Assembly (NCBI GenBank): GCA_965261545.1
Contig: CBDHDF010000002.1
Location: 544,001-608,000, forward strand
Length of the DNA: 64,000 nt
Source: Bdellovibrionales bacterium
GTDB lineage: Bacteria > Bdellovibrionota > Bdellovibrionia > Bdellovibrionales > UBA1609
Reading direction: 5' to 3'
Shown here: piece by piece, positions 8,938 to 19,614 of the stretch
Layout: each line of letters opens with the position of its first letter
Position numbering within the stretch: the first letter of the stretch is position 1
Made by a program: the position numbers and the translations under genes
Notes under the pieces: model-generated
The model's database searches: none
The model's input: the letters and a program-made list of their open reading frames with translations, nothing else
What the model was told of the DNA's origin: nothing

Positions 8938-10676
8938 TGCAAAATTTCACCTAGTTTGACCCACCCGATTTCACGAAGTTTGACCCACTGAATTTCACCA
9001 AACATTGACCCACTTAGATCTTCATAGATATTCTTTCTGCGCTACGCATTAACGAGGAGGTGTCTATGGGCAAACAAGGTAAGAAAAAAGGAGCAAGAAT
9101 GATCAACAATATTAAGAAATACATAGAGCTTGGACTCAGTTCGAGACAAATAGCTCGAGCTATGGGTGTTAGTCGGAACACTGTGAAGAAGTATGTGAAG
9201 GATAGTCCCGGAGGCCCTAACAGCCGCTCAAAGGGGTCGCATGGGCCCTACCAAGCCCCTGGTCATCATCCAAGGTGAATTGGACAGATGTTCGCCTCAA
9301 GCAAAGCCTAGGGACTCAATTGGCTCATTACTGGGAGCGACATATTCAGTCCGAGATTGACGGTGTGAGTTATCTTTCTTTTTGGAGAGAGTTTCGTCGT
9401 AGGCACCCAAGTATAAAGCTTGATATGCACCAGACATTCACCCCTGGCCCCTGGTGAGCGGAGTGAATTTGACTACTATAAGGGAAAAGACTCTTGTTTT
9501 GGCTATACAGATACCAAGACTGGGGAGTTCATCCCATGTCGATTATTTGGAATGATACTTCCATCGAGTCAGTTTTTCTTTCCATGCGCCACATTAACAG
9601 AGCAGCGGGAAGATGTTTTTTCCTCCATAGCTTCTGGTTTTGAGTTTTTTGGTGGTGTGACCGGAACCATTGCTTTTGATAACGCAAAGGTTCAAGTGAC
9701 AAGAGCTGATACTTATGACCCCGATATTAACTCTGAGTTTCACCTCTTGTGTGATCACTACAATGTGGCTCCTTTGGCGATGAGGCCATCTCGCCCCAAA
9801 GACAAGAGTCTTATCGAAAATACCCTTGGAGTCTTTTGGCGCTGGTCTTGGCCCCAGATAAGAGAGCGGCAAATGTATTCTCTAGCAGACATCAACGCTG
9901 AGTTGAAGCATTTGGCAGCTATTTTCAATGATCGTATTCAAAAAAAGTATGGGTTGAGTCGTCGACAGAAGTTTGAATCTTTTGAGAAGTCAAAATTGAA
10001 TCCTCTTCCTGAAAGACGCTATGAGAGTGGATTCTGGAAGCATTCCAAGGTTCATCCGGATTGTCACATTCAATATAACTACAATTTTTACTCTGTTCCT
10101 TATAAGCATCGCGGCAAGAAGTTAGATATTCGTATTAGCCAACAATGCTTGGAGGTTTATTCAGAATTAGAGCGGGTGGCGATACATCACATCCCCCAGG
10201 GAAGTCGAGGACGCTACTTTACGACAAAATCTCATCTCCCTGAGTCCCACCGGGCCATTTTAGAGCAAACGCCACAAAATGTACTTAAAGAGGCATCAAG
10301 CCTTGGAGAAAGCATTCACAAAGTTGCCGAGCGGCTTATCAAAGAGCCTCGCCATCCGCTTATGTATCTTCGTCGTGTTCAGGGGATACTCAATCTAAGA
10401 AAACGGTATTCAACAGCTTCTTTGGAGCAGGCTTGCTCATTTTTTGTAGATGCAGCTTTAAGTGACATTAGGGTTCGTGGAGTTGAGAAAGTCATTTCAG
10501 CAAAAAGTCATCGAAAAGAGGAGCCAAGAGTCTGCCGTCAACCTAATGAAAATTTAAGAGGTTCAGAGCACTGGGAGAATGCTTGCCGCCACTAATCACA
10601 TAGCCCCGGTGGGTGGTTCTCAACCACCTAACGGGTCATTTTGACCTCCATAAGAGAGGTCGTATAGGAGAAGAAA

Positions 10677-11405
10677 ATGATTAAACAAACAGAAAATTTA
10701 TTAGAGATATTAAAAATGAGGGGAGTTTTAGCAACCTTGAGCCAGAGGCTCAAAGAAGCTGAGGAGCAGGATCTTGGTTACGAGGACTTTCTAAATGTCA
10801 TCTTTGAGGACGAAAAAATCCATCGTGAAAATCAGAAGGTCTCAAGACTTATCAAAAGAGCAGCTTTGCAGCAAAAAGCAAGCCTTGAGGCCTTTGAAAC
10901 CAAATCCAACCGAGGAGTCGATCGAAGAGTTTTGAGTGATCTAGCCCTTATGAGATTTGCTCAAAGAGGTCAAAATATAATTATCTCTGGCCCAACGGGT
11001 GTTGGAAAGTCATATTTGGCTTGTGCCATAGGTAATCACGCCTGTCGCCAAGGTTTTTCCACTCAGTTCTTCAGAATGAATACTCTTGTTGAAAAATTCA
11101 ACTTAGAAAGAGCCCAGGGGACATATCTAAACTTCCTTAAAAGGCTAAAATCAGTCTCGATACTTGTGTTGGATGATTTTGGTATCAAGCCCCTTACCTC
11201 TAACCAATATCAAGACCTTTACGATGTGATTGATGAACGAGGCCCTGACCTGAGCCTCATTCTTACAACCCAACTTCCAATAAAAAATTGGAGTGAAGTC
11301 ATTGAGGATCCCATCGTTTGTGAAGCTATTATGGATCGCATAACCTCTCAAGCTATCAAAATAGCCATGTCTGGAAGCTCATTTAGGCAGAAAAAGACGA
11401 TTTAA
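10677..11405 (+). CDS. istB: IS21 helper AAA+ ATPase
   Basis: Walker A GPTGVGKS, Walker B LVLDDFG, TTQLP..W...EAIMDRI. Confidence 0.95.
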   Translation: MIKQTENLLEILKMRGVLATLSQRLKEAEEQDLGYEDFLNVIFEDEKIHRENQKVSRLIKRAALQQKASLEAFETKSNRGVDRRVLSDLALMRFAQRGQNIIISGPTGVGKSYLACAIGNHACRQGFSTQFFRMNTLVEKFNLERAQGTYLNFLKRLKSVSILVLDDFGIKPLTSNQYQDLYDVIDERGPDLSLILTTQLPIKNWSEVIEDPIVCEAIMDRITSQAIKIAMSGSSFRQKKTI

Positions 11406-11481
11406 GGAGAATCCATGCAAAGGCAGACCTTGGAAGACACCATCGGGAGACACTCCATCGGAACTATTGAATCATGTACCC

Positions 11482-11579
11482 GCCAGTTATCCACAAAATT
11501 TACCCACGGCAGCGCTGCGTTGATAGACATCGGGGTCACAGACGCAGCGTCACCATGGATAAATTTGTGGATAACTGGC
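11482..11579. promoter_or_regulatory. Long inverted repeat with DnaA-box-like 9-mers downstream of istB (also 21644-21741, ~39846-39943, ~62608-62705)
   Basis: gccagTTATCCACAaaatTTACCCACG...caTGGATAAatTTGTGGATAActggc. Confidence 0.7.
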
Positions 11580-11908
11580 TCGCTATTCTCTGCCATTTTG
11601 AGCAATGGATTCAACATCCCCATCGAAAAACCCTGCATTGAAACCTCAGAAATGGGGAGGGTCGAGATTCTCAATGACAAAGTGGCCAATTTTAGTTGGC
11701 ATCTAACATTCTGGCAAATAAGCCTTAACCCACCGTTGGGACATCGTGACATTGAGGGTGTAAAAGTTACTGAGTCAGCAGAAAAAAGAAGGTTTAAATT
11801 GACAAAGTTTGAGCCACCGTGAAATTCAAAATTGGACCTCAAATTGACTGACTGAGGGGTGGGTCAAACTTCGTGAAATTCAGTGGGTCAAACTCGTGAA
11901 ATTCAGCA

Positions 11909-14252
11909 TAATGCAGCCAAACGACTCCTTGAAGATTTTCGCAGGGAACACCCTCACCTTCCAGTGATTGTTATTGAGGATGGATTGGCTTCCAATGCTC
12001 CTCACATCACTCTTCTTAACGAATTAAAATTAAGTTATATTTTAGGCTGTAAGATGGGGGACCACAAAGTTTTATTTGAGTTTGTAAATGGAGCAGATAG
12101 CTTAGGAACAGTTTCTCACTTCACCGTGGTAGAGAATGGAGTGACACATGAATTTCGATTCATAAATGATGTTTCACTCAATGATTCAAATCCTGATTGT
12201 CGAGTGAATTTTATTGAATACAAAGAAACGAAAGCAAACGGTAAGGTTCAGCACTTTAGCTGGGTGACTGACATTGAGATCAACGAAGACAACATAATGC
12301 AAATAATGAGGGGGGGGAAGAGCACGCTGGAAGATAGAAAATGAAACATTTAATACGTTAAAGAATTTGGGTTACAACTTTGAGCACAATTTTGGCCACG
12401 GCAAGCAAAATTTGTGTAACAATTTAGCCGTGATTATGATGCTGGTATTTTTAGTGGACCAACTTCAACATTTGGCCTGTAAATTGTTTCAAAAGGCGGT
12501 AGAAAAAGAGAGGAGACTATCTTATCTATGGGATCATATGAGGGGGTATTTCCATACCCTATACTTTAAAAATTGGCAGGAACTCCTCGCCATAATGGCT
12601 TATGGGATTAAGCCCAATGCCGTTTCCTTAAGCCACCACACCCCTCTGCCTCTGCGTTAATCTATTTCTTTTAAAAGAACTCCCAGCCCTTTTGATAGAC
12701 CTTTCATAGCTTCTTTTGAAGTGCCTCCTCTTCTCCATTGAAATCTTCATCAGCAACTTTATCTGCTTCCTAAATTTCTGATAGAGCCCCGCAACAAAAA
12801 GAGGGATGCTATCCATTATGAAATCAAGAATCAGTTTAAAGTTAGGTTTTTTGTAGTCATTTTTCACCAACTGATTCACACTGTCTTCATCCTCATTTAT
12901 GCTCATTTGAATCTTTGTATAATTGAAGAGCCAAAAATAAGAATACAGCTCTTGCAATATTCCATTAAGGCTTGTTGAGTGCCACTGCTCCATTTTCATT
13001 GTCGATGTAAAATCACGAAATGTCGTTTCTATTTCCCAACGACGAGAGTAAAGAGCAACCATATCCTTCTTGTCCAAGGAGCCATGCGGAAGATTAGTGG
13101 CCAAAACAGAGAACTCCCCAGTCTTTGGGTTTTTATACTTATAGAGATGAATGACCACCCCCTCAATAACCATTCGTGAATACCAACCTGGGCCATTAAA
13201 TAAATTTACAATGGGGATAAAAGTAGAGCCTCGCTTACAACGCGCAATAAAGAAGTTACTGGCTTGAGCATGGGCCTTAATAATCTCTGTAGATAAATAA
13301 AGCCTATCGTAGAGAGTTATGCTATTACTCTCAAAACTACCTATCATTTGAATAGCATTGGCGATTTCGTTGAGGGCGGGAGAATAGCAAAGATTCTTTG
13401 TCACACCCGATAAAACGTCATAAGCATGAGATAGATACATACGTAAGAAATGAGTTTCCATCTCATTTGGGCAAGGGTACCCACAATAACCCTCCTTTAA
13501 AAGATCTTTAGAGCGAGGAAGTGCTAATTGGTCGCCATCTATGGCATAGATATAAAAACCATGAAACGTTTTTCTCAATGGTTCGTAGTCTGTAATCAGA
13601 GATTCAAAGATATCTTTGAAAAATAGGTAAGAAATACTTTGACGTATCTTGCTGAGACTGCTTTTGACTGGCATGAGAAGCAGGTCACCAAAATGAGTCC
13701 ATACCGTCTTAAGAGCGATTTGGTAGCCTTCGTAATTTGTTCCGGAAATAAGATAGATAATGGTAAAAAAGAAAATTTGAGGATTAAATTTTCGATTCCT
13801 TTTTTGTTTTTCTGGATCGACAAGGTGCTCTGGCTTGAAGGAAGAATCAAGTTTTGGTAGAATAAAATGGTCATCTGTGACGCGAACTCGTCATTTGGGG
13901 GCTTTCGAGATCAATATTGGATTGCATGTGACTTACTCCTTGGTTGAGGGTTGGGTGTAAAATAAAACAAGTCTTATTCTTGTCGATTTATCTAATAATT
14001 TCAAGAGATTTTTCTTAAGGAAACGGCATTGGGATTAAGCCTATTGCTGCCTCAGATGTTTTCGACACATCATGAGCAGCCATTTTTCTCAAAGTGCCCC
14101 AAAGAGTTTAACGTATTTGCCCTAAACTAAAGTCTGGACATTCGCCTCTAAATGGCGAAGACGGGGAGGTTTACCTTATTCGATGCAGTGCAATTCTCAC
14201 ACTGAGATTTGGAGGAATTTCAATGTTTTTTCAAGCTCGGCGGGAATTTCTG
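11909..14252 (+). mobile_element. ISNCY-like element, 5'-truncated copy interrupted by IS4
   Basis: Matches the 3' part of 33799-35441, ends in gggaatttctg, and has a frameshift in a G run near 12310. Confidence 0.88.
12615..14031 (-). mobile_element. IS4-family element type A (1417 bp)
   Basis: TIR caatgccgtttccttaag; 10-bp TSD ggattaagcc; transposase motifs AIDG, YDRLY, Y..RWEIE..FR. Confidence 0.93.
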
Positions 14253-14307
14253 GTAAATGAAAACATACATTGACTTTACTCCAAAGCAAGATGCATAATT
14301 TTTACTT

Positions 14308-15273
14308 ATGAAAAAATCCCTTCCTCCCCTTTGCTTAACCCTTGATAACACTTTTAAAGCATTTTTTAAGCACGACCAGGACTTGCTCAAGCCTTTGTTG
14401 CAGGATTTTCTTCCCTTGCCACCCGGTTGTCGGGTGGAGCATGTTCAACTGTTGGATACAGAGGAAAACTCTTCAGAGGCAAGCAAGCCTTCGGGAAAAA
14501 CCTTCATTTTGGATATGAAGCTTCGCATCTCTCGACAATTGTCCAGTGGGGAGTGGGTCGAAAATGAAACTGTGAATGTGGAGATGCAAACCGTATCCCA
14601 AAGAGACTTCACAAATCGCCTTCTTGCCTATGCGGGACGGGTCTACTCCAATCAAGTGAAAGAAGGAGAAAAATACGAGAAATTAAGAACTGTTTACTCC
14701 CTTGTTTTCAGTACTGTGGACCTTCCTGAGCTACGCAAAGACAACGATTATTACCATACATGCAGCATGAGGCAGGATCGATACCCTCATTTGAGGCTCA
14801 CCGATGGTATGCAATTTGTCATTGTAGAATTGAACAAGTTCATTGGCAAATTAGACAGCCTTGTTGACCAACGTGAAGCGTGGTGTTATTTCTTAAAGAG
14901 ATCGGATGAGTTGGATCAACAAACCAGCCAAGAGCTAGCCAAAAAAGGAAGGGATATGGGAAGAGCCGTCAAAAATTTGTGGAATTTGTCTCAAGACGAA
15001 CTCATGCGAGAGCGACTTGAAGCTGAAGATAAGCAGCGTCGAGATCGTTTATCACAGATCGACACAGCCCATGAAGAGGGGCGTGAAGAAGGGCGTGAAG
15101 AGGGGCGTGAAGAAGGGCGTGAAGAGGGGCGTGAAGTAGGGCGTGAAGAAGGGCGAAGGGAAGAGAGAGAGGCCATTGCTTTAAAGATGATTTTAAAAGG
15201 ACAGGAAGCTTTGGAGATATCCGAAGCAACAGGGTTTTCTGAAGACGAAATTAAGGCTCTTCAAAAAAAGTAA
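14308..15273 (+). CDS. Rpn-family (PD-(D/E)XK) recombination-promoting nuclease/putative transposase
   Basis: D..FK.FF, ILD, NVEMQ, RLLAY motifs; C-terminal (EEGR)n and IALKM...EISEATG.SEDEI tail. Confidence 0.9.
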   Translation: MKKSLPPLCLTLDNTFKAFFKHDQDLLKPLLQDFLPLPPGCRVEHVQLLDTEENSSEASKPSGKTFILDMKLRISRQLSSGEWVENETVNVEMQTVSQRDFTNRLLAYAGRVYSNQVKEGEKYEKLRTVYSLVFSTVDLPELRKDNDYYHTCSMRQDRYPHLRLTDGMQFVIVELNKFIGKLDSLVDQREAWCYFLKRSDELDQQTSQELAKKGRDMGRAVKNLWNLSQDELMRERLEAEDKQRRDRLSQIDTAHEEGREEGREEGREEGREEGREVGREEGRREEREAIALKMILKGQEALEISEATGFSEDEIKALQKK

Positions 15274-15279
15274 AAATTT

Positions 15280-15484
15280 TAACCTGACCTAGTTATCGTG
15301 TGTTCATTCTATGTAAACTACTAATATTATTGTGGAATAACTGTCAACTCGCACTCTATTAATATGAGATATACTGTTGTTCTATAATTTATAGGAAGTA
15401 TCAATTAGGTCGGCTGTTGGGCATATCTCTTGATTAATGTACAGAGTTTAGACACTATGAACATACGATAACTAGGTCAAGTTA
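15280..15484. mobile_element. ~205-bp MITE (second copy 47454-47658)
   Basis: Terminal inverted repeat taacctgacctagttatcgtgtgttcat / atgaacatacgataactaggtcaagtta. Confidence 0.8.
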
Positions 15485-15906
15485 GATTTTTTGTAACATT
15501 CATGGGGGCGCCTTGCTTCCCCACCCACGCCCATGAATCTTATCTAGGCCCCCACTTCTTTGCACGAAGCAACTCGGTGGACAGCTTCGCTGGTCTATAT
15601 AATTGGCCTCTTTTAGTTACTCTGGACTTTTGATGGTATTTTTGTCATGTATGATTCCGATACAATAAAGGATAAAGCAATAACATTATTGGAAGGTGAT
15701 AAGATGAGTGGCCGTTGAATAGATTGGTAATTTTAATTCCGTGAAGTAACATGGTCTTGAGCTTTGGATCGAACCCACGCATGTACCTGCACTCTGAGTG
15801 TATGGACGTATAGTAAGTTGACCTATTTTCGCTTTAGAATTTATGGCAAAATCCGAAGGCTCTAGTTTTATCACCTTCTTTTTTTCTAACAGAAAGGAGG
15901 AGTCAT

Positions 15907-16313
15907 GTGGATATTATTTATAGTTCTGTTTGTGGAATAGATGTTCATCAACATATGTTGATGTGTACGATTGTCAAAGTGGAAGACGGTAAGAAGAAGT
16001 TTTTCACAAAAGAGTTCAAGAATTTTCCAAAAAATTTTCCTAGAATGCGCTCTTGGATGAAGCCACATAAGGTTGAGAGAGTTCTTTTTGAGAGCACAGG
16101 GATTTATTGGAATTCTTTATACGATGATTTGACAGAAAAAGGTTATGAAGTAGATGTTATCAATGCCTTTCATGTCAAAAATATTACTGGTAAAAAAACT
16201 GACGTGTTGGATAGCCAGTGGATTGCAGAGCTTGGTGCTTGTGGTCTTCTAAGAGCTAGCTTCATTCCTCCACGTGAGATTCGTTCTATTAGACTTTTGG
16301 CTCGTTATCGTAC
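15907..16313 (+). pseudogene. IS110-family recombinase, N-terminal DEDD domain only, truncated by ISKra4
   Basis: GIDVH, FESTGIYW, KKTDVLDSQWIA, GLLRASFIP motifs; RBS GAAAGGAGG. Confidence 0.9.
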
Positions 16314-16365
16314 GGGTGTGCTAACGATATACTGTAGTATTTATGCAGCCACGGGATACCCATAT

Positions 16366-17645
16366 TGAGGTGGACCCCAATGTCAGACTGAAAAACTTGA
16401 TTTTTAAGCTACACCACAGCGCACAAAGAAGCCCCGTGTTAATGTGTTAAATCCACCTCTCCCATATGCACCTGATAAGGGGTGCAATCCTGAAGAGACT
16501 GGTGTGGCCTTTTATTATTATAAAAATTAAAATACGTTTTAAAACCTTTGTTGGCTTGAACCATTGATTTGTCTTGATAGCCTTTCAAGTAAACCTCTTC
16601 GTACTTAACAGACCGCCAAAGCCGCTCGATCATAATGTTGTCTAAACACCTGCCTTTGCCGTCCATACTGATCGAGATTCCATGATTTTTCAATAATTTT
16701 GTGAAAACCTCAGAAGTGAATTGGCACCCTTGATCAGTATTGACGATATCAGGGCAACCAAATGTTTCTATGGCTTCCTCAAAGACTTCTAAACAAAAAG
16801 TTGTCTCAAGGCTATTAGAAAGTCTCCAAGACAGAACAAATCGGCTAAACCAATCTATCACAGCTACCAAGTAAGCAAAGCCACCAGACAACCTTATAAA
16901 AGTAATATCAGTAGCCCACACTTGGTTGGGGGAGCAGATATTAAGCCCCTTAAGTAGGTAGGGATAAACCTTATGCTGATGGTTTCGCTGACTGGTGTTT
17001 GGACCTGGGAAGATAGCGAAAAGACACATCTTTTCCATGAGCCGCTGAATCCTCTTGCGGTTGACCCCATGGCCATTAAGTCTTAAGTGAGCTGCCATTT
17101 TACGGCTCCCATAAAAAGGGGTCTCCAAGTACTGTTTGTCAATTAAACTCATCAGTTTTAAGTTGTAGGCACTCTCAGGTATGGGCTTGTAGTACAAGGC
17201 TCCCTTAGAGAGTCCTAGCAACTCACATTGGCGAGTGACACAAATATTTGGATGTTTCCAATTGATAGCGGCTTTTTTCTCAGGCATTGAAGCTCTCAGA
17301 TTTTTTTTTTAACCAATCATTTTCAACCTTTAACTGCCCTATTTGCCGATACAATTCATCAATGGTTTTTCTTTGTTCTTCTACCTCGTTGTTGTCCTTT
17401 TTTTTGCTCGCTAAGGCCTTAGGAATGGCTTCAATAGCTTGCTTCTTCCAATCTTGGATTTGGATGCGGTGAACTCCATGCTTGGAGGCCAACTCTGCCA
17501 TTGTGTCAGTCTCACGAATGGCGTCAAGTGCGACTCTGGCCTTAAATTGTGCGCTGTGTTTCTTTCTCATTATCCCCTCCTATGAGGGGCTTTTTACCCG
17601 CTGCGGTGTAACTTAGCAACCAGTCTGTTTTTGGGGTCCACTATA
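16366..17645 (-). mobile_element. IS3-family element (orfA 17280-17570, orfB 16439-17287)
   Basis: TIR tgaggtggacccc / tatagtggacccc; 3-bp TSD TAT; WATDIT, NTDQGCQF and DN..IERLW motifs; A-run slippery site near the end of orfA. Confidence 0.95.
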
Positions 17646-18786
17646 TATTGATCAATTTTTTGCCAGAACTGACCCCATCGACAGTCCGTATGGCTTAAAG
17701 ATCGTAAAGAAATGACAGAAGCTGCTCCTTTCTCTTTCCACCTCATCCCAGAATTGCAAAGCCTTTGTTTTATTAATGTCTTACATGCTGCCTCTGTAAC
17801 ACCTGAGCCAATTGGAAGATTATTCTCCTGATTTTGTGCATATCTCATTTTAGACTTATTATTCTCAAAATATGTAATGGCAGACACTAACTCCCCTTTC
17901 TTGGCTTGACTCAGTCGATGAGTGTCTTTAAACCCCTTGAGCTCATTGAGTAAGCGGGTCGCTGCCCCTATATTATGCTTAAGCTTATGACATGCGTTAT
18001 CAAGCCACTCCTTACGTTCAGATTTTTTCTTGTCACCAGCAAACATAGCCCCCGCAGCCCTCCCCAAGTACTCTGATGCATGCCAAAAATCAATGGTCTG
18101 ATTATCTGTTTTACTCTTTAAATAATCCCAATTTGACTTGGTTCCATCTGCAATACCAATATAGGTAGACTTAGGGTGTCTCTCTTTTACCTGAGTCAAC
18201 TCCTTCTCAAATCTTGAATAAAATTTACCCTTACCATACTCTGGTGTTGCTCCTACTTGAATCGTATGCATGCGACTTCCCTTATTGTCATATAAACTAA
18301 TTGTTCCCACCATGGCTTCTCGCCAACCATCTTCAACCATTAACATACAAGTGCCGTCTACTCCTACAGCAACACTATTCACCTTCTTGGGCATAGAGGG
18401 AAGATCATAGCTCCATGATTCATCCTTTGCTAAAGCAACAGCTCCAACCGCATCACAAAGGTGCTTTAAGTAAGGTCTAGATATATTTCGACCATGACTC
18501 TCCTTCAAATCAAAAAGAACACGACTAGAACCCATATCTGAATATTTACTTGTAACCCATTTAGAAAAACCGGGTGTTGAAGTTAGAATAATTCGTGCAT
18601 CCCTTTCCAATGGGCAAAACTGACGACCACCCTTAGAGCTTTGATAAACATGACGCTCTACATCGACTTCTCCCCACATTGTTTGGTAGGTCTTATTAAC
18701 TCTACCTCTAGAAGTTAACTTACTGTCTCCTATAACAATTGGTGATCCATCTGCATCAAATCGACGTAAAGCTGATTGGGTAGCTA

Positions 18787-19380
18787 CCTGAAATCCCTAA
18801 AAGTTGTAACTAGGTTTAATGTATTGCGTTAACTCTCTTTTCCTATGGAATTGGCTACTATCAACGGTTTGAGAGGTTTAATAGTATTAATATATTTAAT
18901 ATGACTCATAAAAATCTTCTTCGAAAGGTCCTTCGTTCCCATTGGATCGACAATATAAATTAGGCATAGTGGTAGCCTGCTTCTCTTCCTTGTCCCAAAA
19001 GCTTTTAACTTTATAGAGATAGGTTTTTCTTCAGTAACCCTCTCCAAAATTAGTTTCAGCTCCTATAGCCTGTTTCATGTGTTCTTGGGAAAGATATATC
19101 GCAGATTTTTCCTCTATTTGAAACAATTTTGAGAGATATTTCTTTCATTAAGATTATTATAAGAGTACACAGTTTAAAATAGCAGTGCCAAGTTTCAAAA
19201 CGAATCTCGGCAAGAACTACTGGTTTTTTCCTTATTTTTTTGCTCAAAAGTGTATGACATCGTTAATATTGTAACTATGCTTTTGAAGAGATGAAAATCT
19301 CTTAATCAAAGTGAAGGCCTTCTCAGACAATAATCAGGACTTAAGTCCTATACCTAGTTACAACTTTTAGGGATTTCAGG
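18787..19380. mobile_element. 594-bp non-autonomous IS1634-type MITE
   Basis: TIR cctgaaatccctaaaagttgtaactagg identical to 7783; 6-bp TSD TAGCTA; empty site at ~32068. Confidence 0.92.
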
Positions 19381-19614
19381 TAGCTATACAACCTGCTTCA
19401 TTAAGGCCATCTCTTATCATCTCTTCTGTCTTTAACATTGAACTGGATAATGGAATTATCAACTCAATAGTGACTGAGTTTGAACTACTTGATTTTAACT
19501 TTGCCTTTGGTTTTGACATAATACCCTCCTTGGTCGTAAGTCCAGCTAAAATAAAGTATCCCAAGGAATAAGGTATTTGTCTACAAATAATTACAGTATA
19601 TCATTAGCACACCC

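Larger units (their letters stand above)
8938..11908 (+). mobile_element. IS21-family element type A, copy 1 (istA frameshifted)
   Basis: TG...CA ends with repeated tttgacccac motifs; istA split into ORFs 9060/9275/9420; near-identical to 60052-63011; flanks do not share a TSD. Confidence 0.92.
16314..19614 (-). mobile_element. ISKra4-family element interrupted by IS3 and a 594-bp MITE
   Basis: TIR gggtgtgctaa at both ends; matches 30884-32301. Confidence 0.9.

Noticed and set aside
11482..11579. Chromosomal oriC
   Set aside because: The DnaA-box clusters lie inside IS21 copies, with no dnaA/dnaN/gidA context.
11402..11842. ORFs downstream of istB (also 21492-21782, 39805-40095, 62528-62968)
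   Set aside because: Overlapping ORFs on both strands that cross the palindrome and terminal repeats, with no recognisable motifs.
14991..15229. Antisense repeat ORFs (SRPS / LHAP)
   Set aside because: Shadows of the 12-bp EEGR repeats in the Rpn gene.
18829..19247. Two small ORFs inside the 594-bp MITE
   Set aside because: TTG starts without a clear RBS or motifs; repeated only because the MITE is duplicated.
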